This document shows, in pieces, positions 22,138-27,643 of a DNA stretch of 27,643 nt; the stretch's first letter is position 1, and each line of letters opens with the position of its first letter. The position numbers and the translations under genes were made by a program. The notes beneath the pieces were generated by a model. The model was not told the DNA's origin, did not search any database, and worked only from the letters and a program-made list of their open reading frames with translations. The DNA lies in the NCBI GenBank assembly GCA_964452145.1, contig CAYVLA010000038.1, forward strand, positions 1 to 27,643, read 5' to 3'. Source of the DNA: Candidatus Hadarchaeota archaeon. GTDB lineage: Archaea; CAYQAE01; CAYVLA01.

Positions 22138-22251
22138 GACGTCCAGCCCCTCCCTGCCAAGCGTCCGAACTTATCTTTGCTTTCCTCACTCTTCACCTGC
22201 CTCGCGACCTGAACAACATAATAGCCATGATGATTCTGGACTGGAGGGACG

Positions 22252-23019
22252 GTGACACTCATCCCCTGGTTGGATAGGCTGAACTACAGGGCCGGAATCT
22301 TTGATATCAGAGGAACGCTGATCGATCTGGATACCCGCTACAAGAGAGTCCTCTACATCAAGATCGTCCGAGATTTCGGAAAGAAGACCGGCAACAGGTA
22401 CCTGAGTTCCTTCAACCAGGACGATCTCGAGCAGCTACTCATCATGAGTCCCAGAAGGAGGGCCGAGGCCCTGGAGAGATTTGGACTGGATCGGGAGACA
22501 TTCAACATGGGCTGGGTGACCGACGAGGCCCTTGAAATCAGGGCGAGATACAGCAGAGTCCAACCAGATGCTCGGGCGCTTCAGGTCCTTAAGAGCAGGA
22601 AAGTCAAGCTGGCGGTCGTCACGTCCGCCTCGAAACGCGCAGCAGATATGGATGTGGGGATGGTCAAGGGGAAGATAGGAAGTAGGATCTTCGATGAGAT
22701 CGTGATTCCCTCCTACGAGGCCTTCATGGCCCCCAAGCCCGATCCGGAGCCCATCTGGGCTTGCGTTGAAAGGCTCTCGGTCTCACCGGAGGAGACCTTC
22801 GCGGTTGGCAACTCCGCAAGGGACATCGCCAGCTACAAGGCGGCGGGGGTTATGGATGTCCTCATAGACCGGCGAGGAGATCTCGACGAGGAGTACCCCG
22901 AGTTGGAGGGGATTCAGCCCTCTCGAACCATATCGAGCTTGGATGAGTTGATCCCGATGGCGATCAGGCTAGGCAGGCTGTCCCGGCTTCTGCGACGTCC
23001 TCTCGTTCCTCGGACCTAA
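22252..23019 (+). CDS. HAD-superfamily hydrolase-like protein with altered motifs
   Basis: FDIRGTLID, VVTSA, KPDP and VGNSARDI; GGAGG RBS; GTG start. Confidence 0.85.
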   Translation: MTLIPWLDRLNYRAGIFDIRGTLIDLDTRYKRVLYIKIVRDFGKKTGNRYLSSFNQDDLEQLLIMSPRRRAEALERFGLDRETFNMGWVTDEALEIRARYSRVQPDARALQVLKSRKVKLAVVTSASKRAADMDVGMVKGKIGSRIFDEIVIPSYEAFMAPKPDPEPIWACVERLSVSPEETFAVGNSARDIASYKAAGVMDVLIDRRGDLDEEYPELEGIQPSRTISSLDELIPMAIRLGRLSRLLRRPLVPRT

Positions 23020-23543
23020 CCAAGTGTGATGGGCACCGCGATCCCTGAGGCTCTTCGGGCCTCCGCGCGTTCCGAACCCAGCCCCGCGCTCGCCATGGGT
23101 CCGATCTCATCAAGGCCCCAGCACATGATCTCCTTCTTCAGGTCGGCCAAGCTCTCGTCAGCCATTCCGAGAATGGCAAGACGCAGAGCCGTTCGGTACA
23201 GTCCCGATTCGTTGAGCCCCTCTGTCCCGCCTGAGACGACCCTTCTCTCGATCTCGTCCAGCGTCTCCTCGGTGCGACGGTACACGGCCTCCGTGCCGCG
23301 GCCTAGGATCTCCCTTAGCACATGGGCAGCAGCGGGAGACAACGTCTCAGGACGGATGGAGTCTACCTCGCTGAGGAGCTCCATGATGAGGCGGTGCTTC
23401 TCGGCCTCCTTCGGCCTGGGAAGCGGCCTTCGACGGTCGGCCCGAGCCGGGGAACGGGGGCGGTGGCCCTTCAGGGATATGGATCCCACCAGAATCCCGG
23501 CAGTTGTTGCAAGAGAGGTTGTCAGGTACTCTATAGTCGCCAT
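23016..23543 (-). CDS. Hypothetical protein (possible N-terminal membrane anchor, helical body)
   Basis: 175-aa ORF fills the gap with coding-like composition; its stop overlaps the HAD gene stop by 4 nt; no family recognised. Confidence 0.55.
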   Translation of the reverse strand: MATIEYLTTSLATTAGILVGSISLKGHRPRSPARADRRRPLPRPKEAEKHRLIMELLSEVDSIRPETLSPAAAHVLREILGRGTEAVYRRTEETLDEIERRVVSGGTEGLNESGLYRTALRLAILGMADESLADLKKEIMCWGLDEIGPMASAGLGSERAEARRASGIAVPITLG

Positions 23544-23783
23544 GGGTGTCGGCTTCCTTTGACCAGCAACCCGCCCATCTTTGAGCAAATTGCCGATCGC
23601 TTTGGGGATCGCTGCCTTATCCCCGGCAGATCTTAAATATTTTAGCGTGTGGTCGCTTCGTCTCGGCCTTTTCGAATCATCATCTGCGGCGCATCGATGC
23701 TTCTTAGCGGTGCCGCAACCCGACCACGTCACTGGCCAGGCGTGTGCGAATCATGTTGCTTCCATCGCATCTGTGAAGATACG

Positions 23784-24974
23784 CTAGCACAGGCCAAGGG
23801 ATCGGTTTATCTCGGCCTGGTATACCTCTATCCTGCAATCGATGATGTCCTTGATCCTCACCGTCTCCCCCGTAGCGGAGGACTCGTAGATAGCCATTGG
23901 CAGGGCCTCAGCCTCGGCGCCGAGCCTACCGTCCACCTCTACCTTTCCGCCATCCAGTATTGCTCGGGCGAAGTCCCAAATCTCTATCGCCACGGTCGAG
24001 TTGAAGTCCCGTCGAGTCCCGATTCCTGCCGGGAAGAACTCCTGCTTGGTTTTCTCATCAAGTTCCCTCATCATCCAGCGAACCATGGCCTCCACTGGAA
24101 CGAGCTGCTGGCCCGGGGCTTCCTCGTTGTTCACTGTGAGCCCCTTGTCCCACCCGATGGACCCCTTCGACCCGTATATGACTCTCTGCTCCAGCCCCTC
24201 CCCCGGTGCCACATTGGACCAAGTCCATATGCCGCTGGCACCGCTCCTGAAGGACATGACGGCCAAGCTGAGGTCTTCAACGGTGTATGGGCTGGGGTTC
24301 TTCCTCTCCGGCCAGGAATCGTATCTCACCTTCTCCCAAGTGTTTGTGATGGCTGAGACCTTCTCGATGGGGCCCATGTTGTAGATGAACAGATCTGCAT
24401 AGTGGACTCCCCCGTCCAACACCCAGCCGCCTCCGGCCTTCATCTTGTCGTGTCGCCACCCCCAGGACCCGAGGGAGTAGTTCAACTGCTGCCAGAAGAT
24501 CATCCTCGGCTGTCCGACTCTGCCGCTGTTGACCGCCCAGTTGATGGCTCGGTTCTCGGCGCTCCTCCTGTAGTTCTCGGCGACCGCCAAGATGACGCCG
24601 TTCTCGTCCGCCGCCCGGATGATGGCATCGCAGGCCCGCATGGTTATTGCGAGCGGCTTCTCGATAATCACGTGCTTGCCCGCCTGCAAGCAGGGGATCG
24701 CCACCGAGTGGTGGGACCTGTGCTCGGTGCAAATATGCACGGCATCGATCGGTTCGGCCTCAAGCATCTCGGCCAGGTCAGTGTATGGCCGGGGGGGCTG
24801 ACCCTGGAAGCCTGCGACCTCCTTCGCCCTTCTCTGGGCCGCGCTTTCCAGGAGGTCACAGGTAGCAACCACCTCGACATCCTTGAGGCCGGCACCGTGA
24901 AGCTGACGCAGTCCCTCCACATGGGCACCGGATATGCCGCCGCACCCTACGATCGCGACTCTGAGTCTGTCCAT
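23784..24974 (-). CDS. Gfo/Idh/MocA family oxidoreductase
   Basis: RVAIVGCGGIS, DAVHICT..H, GKHVIIEKPLA, AENYR and GGGWVLDGGVHYAD. ATG at 24974 preferred because the ATG at 25007 lies inside the TATA box. Confidence 0.94.
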   Translation of the reverse strand: MDRLRVAIVGCGGISGAHVEGLRQLHGAGLKDVEVVATCDLLESAAQRRAKEVAGFQGQPPRPYTDLAEMLEAEPIDAVHICTEHRSHHSVAIPCLQAGKHVIIEKPLAITMRACDAIIRAADENGVILAVAENYRRSAENRAINWAVNSGRVGQPRMIFWQQLNYSLGSWGWRHDKMKAGGGWVLDGGVHYADLFIYNMGPIEKVSAITNTWEKVRYDSWPERKNPSPYTVEDLSLAVMSFRSGASGIWTWSNVAPGEGLEQRVIYGSKGSIGWDKGLTVNNEEAPGQQLVPVEAMVRWMMRELDEKTKQEFFPAGIGTRRDFNSTVAIEIWDFARAILDGGKVEVDGRLGAEAEALPMAIYESSATGETVRIKDIIDCRIEVYQAEINRSLGLC

Positions 24975-25004
24975 ACGGGTCACGCCGGCCTTCCCAATAC
25001 GGGC

Positions 25005-25012
25005 CATATAAA
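25005..25012 (-). promoter_or_regulatory. Putative TATA box for a short-leader Gfo/Idh/MocA transcript
   Basis: TTTATATG 31-38 nt upstream of ATG 24974. Confidence 0.55.
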
Positions 25013-25040
25013 TGACGCCGGATCTTAAAGGCCACCCGGA

Positions 25041-25994
25041 TCAGGGGGGCTGCCTTCCCTGGGATGAATGAGGCTCATCGCCCGGCGCCGTCCGAAGATC
25101 GCTAGCACCCCCGGCCACCGCGCCTTGACCGTCGACGCGGGGTGAGTTCCGGGGCGTAGAACCGAAGTAGGTCACCACGGCCAGCCATGCCATGAAGAAC
25201 GCGAAGCCTATGGCCGTGTGGTAGTCGACCGCGACCTTTCCCCAGGCAAGGACCGCAAAGACCACTGCAACCAGCCTGAAAACGCTCGCAAGGTAGAAGC
25301 CAACTAGGGCCAGAGCGACCCAGAAGACCTTGCCCGGGGTATCTCTTCCCGATTCCAGTATGGGTATGCACGAGATGAACGCGAAGGCGATGATGCCCTT
25401 GATGCCGGTGCATCCATAGTCCACGAGGAGGCGTGCAGGCTGCGATATGGGAAGGGATATCAGGGCTCCGCTGCTTGAGACATGTGCACCCAGGGCCTTG
25501 GCCATGCCTGTTACCATCCCGGCCAGGAGATCCGCATATCCAAGATGGTCAACGATGTAACGTTCGGCCGAGTAGCCGAGCCCTATCAGCACAAGGAATG
25601 AGGCCGGAACCCAGAAAGCTCGAAGAGAACGGATGCCGAAGAGTGCAGAGCACAACGCCACGAAGAGCAAGAACATGTCGAAGAGTCCGAACACCCTGCT
25701 GCCGGGCTCCTGGACCAGGTTCCTCGCGACTGCTGCTGCGATCAGCAACAGGGCAAAGGCGATACCCAGCCGACCCGGCCGGCCCGCAAGATCGGGATTC
25801 CGCTCGAGATCGGACCATCTGAAGCCGAGCCATATCGCCAGGGTCAGCGGTACGACCCAGAAGTAGGTGCGACTCGTATGCAGAACGAAGTAGGTGAACG
25901 GATTCACCAGACCGATTGCGAACAGTAGTGGAAGCAGATGTAGCCTGGTCAAACGAAACGATCTCAAATGCATCCGAGCCTTCACGTTCCTCAT
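25041..25994 (-). CDS. Archaeosortase/exosortase family membrane transpeptidase
   Basis: About 8 TM segments; catalytic Cys in VDYGCTG, Arg in SVFRLV and His in DYHTAIG; GGAGA RBS before ATG 25994. Confidence 0.85.
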   Translation of the reverse strand: MRNVKARMHLRSFRLTRLHLLPLLFAIGLVNPFTYFVLHTSRTYFWVVPLTLAIWLGFRWSDLERNPDLAGRPGRLGIAFALLLIAAAVARNLVQEPGSRVFGLFDMFLLFVALCSALFGIRSLRAFWVPASFLVLIGLGYSAERYIVDHLGYADLLAGMVTGMAKALGAHVSSSGALISLPISQPARLLVDYGCTGIKGIIAFAFISCIPILESGRDTPGKVFWVALALVGFYLASVFRLVAVVFAVLAWGKVAVDYHTAIGFAFFMAWLAVVTYFGSTPRNSPRVDGQGAVAGGASDLRTAPGDEPHSSQGRQPP

Positions 25995-26177
25995 GTCTCC
26001 ACGCATTGAAAAAGGGAAGCGCCGGAAGCCTATGGAGAACTCCAGAAGCATCTGAGCCAATGATGCGACGCGGTAGCCCGACCAGGGAGGGGGAGCGGGT
26101 TGGAACCGGTGGTCTGACGCTGGACTCAGTGGGCCAGATGACAGCACAGTAAAGAGGCTGGGCGGACACCCCCGTCG

Positions 26178-27643
26178 GTGTCCGTGCTGGCCCCAAAGAG
26201 CATTCCCTGTGTACTGGTTCTCGCCCTTCTGGCGGGCTCCCTGTTCGCTGAGCTGGCCCTGGGAAAGCAGGAGTCCATGGTGCCCATGAGGGACGGCGTG
26301 CTGCTCGCCGCTGATGTCTACCTCCCCGCGGGACAGGGCCCCTGGCCCGTGGTTCTGGCGCGGACTCCATATGGCAGGTTCAGGATAGATGAGCTGACCA
26401 GTCGGGGCTACGTGGTTGTGACCCAGGACTGGAGGGGCTACGGAGGCTCGGAAGGGACCAAGAAGCCTTTTGAATCGGACGGCTGGGGCCTGCTTCAAGA
26501 CGGATATGACACGGTGGAATGGATCGCTCAGCAGGCATGGTGCGATGGAAAGGTTGGGACCTGGGGCGGATCAGCCCTCGGCATCACCCAGAATCTGATC
26601 GCCGGCGCCTATCCCCCGCACCTGGTCTGCCAGCACATCCTGGCCGGGGCCTCTGACATCTATTCCCAGATGTTCTTCCAAGGAGGGGTCCTCAGGAAGG
26701 CGATGGTCGAGGCTTGGTGGGCAATCTGGGGCACCCAAGAGCACCTCGCAGAGCTGCTATCCCACCCCAATTACGACGAGAGGTGGATGTTGATGAACTC
26801 GGAAGCCAGGGCACCTGGTATGGCATATCCGGCCATCCATGTGGGCGGCTGGTACGACATCTTCTGCCAAGGAACCATCAACTCCTTCACTGAGAGACAG
26901 CACAACGGAGCACCGGCTTCCCGAGGCAACCAGAGGCTCGTCATGGGGCCTTGGTGGCACGGAGGCTTCGACAAGACGTCCCAAGGCGAACTGAACTATC
27001 CGGCGAATTGCCTGTACCCGGACATGTGGCCGGACTCCTACAAGCTTTACGACTACTGGCTGAAGGGGATCGACACCGGGTACTCGAGCCTTCCCGCTGT
27101 CAGGTACTACGTCATGGGCGACGTGGACGATCCGGGCGCGGCGGGCAACGAATGGCGGACTGCGGACGACTGGCCGATCCCCTACACAAACCTATCGCTC
27201 TACCTCTCCTCTGAGGGATTGTGCCGTGGCCCGGGAGAGGAGGAATCGGCCAGCTACGTGTACGACCCCTCCGATCCTGTCCCGACCGTCGGCGGCGCGA
27301 ACCTGGTCTTGGACGCCGGACCGAGGGACCAACGTCGCGTGGAGGCTCGTGACGACGTCTTGGTCTTCACCGGCGAACCCTTGGAGGTCCCGGTCGAGGT
27401 GACGGGCCGGATCTGGGTCCAGCTGTACGCTTCTTCCTCCTGCCGGGATACGGACTTCATGGCCAAGCTCACCGATGTCTACCCCGATGGACGGTCCATG
27501 CTGGTCTGCGACGGTGCCATCCGGGCTCGGCATAGGGTTTCCATGGAGAGGGACGACCTCCTTGAACCCGGAGAGGTCTACGAATTCTGGATAGATCTGT
27601 GGTCCACCAGCCTCGTCTTCAACAAGGGTCACAGAATCAGATT
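26178..27643 (+). CDS. Secreted CocE/NonD-family serine hydrolase (peptidase S15-like), truncated by the window end
   Basis: Absent from the ORF track (no stop in window); translated by hand. Hydrophobic signal peptide, VPMRDGVLLAADVYLP, RTPYG, QDWRGYGGSEG, nucleophile WGGSALG, GGWYD, GPWWH, YDPSDPVPT and FNKGHRIR. Confidence 0.93.
   Translation, partial: MSVLAPKSIPCVLVLALLAGSLFAELALGKQESMVPMRDGVLLAADVYLPAGQGPWPVVLARTPYGRFRIDELTSRGYVVVTQDWRGYGGSEGTKKPFESDGWGLLQDGYDTVEWIAQQAWCDGKVGTWGGSALGITQNLIAGAYPPHLVCQHILAGASDIYSQMFFQGGVLRKAMVEAWWAIWGTQEHLAELLSHPNYDERWMLMNSEARAPGMAYPAIHVGGWYDIFCQGTINSFTERQHNGAPASRGNQRLVMGPWWHGGFDKTSQGELNYPANCLYPDMWPDSYKLYDYWLKGIDTGYSSLPAVRYYVMGDVDDPGAAGNEWRTADDWPIPYTNLSLYLSSEGLCRGPGEEESASYVYDPSDPVPTVGGANLVLDAGPRDQRRVEARDDVLVFTGEPLEVPVEVTGRIWVQLYASSSCRDTDFMAKLTDVYPDGRSMLVCDGAIRARHRVSMERDDLLEPGEVYEFWIDLWSTSLVFNKGHRIR

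Noticed and set aside
22209..22240. CTGA...ATGATGA upstream of the HAD gene as a C/D box or K-turn
   Set aside because: The boxes straddle the probable TATA element and lack a flanking stem or downstream D box.
25995..26498. N-terminal extension of the sortase ORF in the track
   Set aside because: Overlaps the well-supported CocE/NonD gene on the opposite strand; an RBS supports ATG 25994.

Overview
GC-rich archaeal chromosomal window, densely coding, with no recognisable mobile element, CRISPR array or rRNA. The left third is a minus-strand RNA polymerase operon: tRNA-Lys(UUU), unsplit rpoB, split rpoA'/rpoA'', rpl30e and nusA. There is no rpoH at its head and no rps12 directly after nusA. 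Next come an M24 aminopeptidase and a tightly coupled four-gene cluster: DUF504/MJ1316-type protein, NOG1-family GTPase, MoxR-type AAA+ ATPase and VWA/MIDAS protein. The rest of the window holds two small hypothetical genes, a DegT-family aminotransferase, thioredoxin reductase with glucose 1-dehydrogenase, a dolichol/phytol kinase-like protein, an RfaE/PfkB kinase with a large DUF362 protein, YjbQ with a FEN1-family nuclease, a degenerate HAD protein, an orphan, a Gfo/Idh/MocA oxidoreductase, an archaeosortase/exosortase and a divergent secreted CocE/NonD hydrolase that runs off the right edge. Most notable: (1) the Nog1-MoxR-VWA cluster resembles a split Rea1/midasin-like ribosome maturation module (hypothesis); (2) the FEN1 homolog lacks most of the helical cap and has ACG at its Met1 position; (3) RNA polymerase carries possibly compensatory substitutions at normally near-invariant positions by the active site; (4) a tRNA sits where rpoH is expected; (5) stop codons are strongly biased to TAG. 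All product calls come from motif recognition by eye; no database searches were run.
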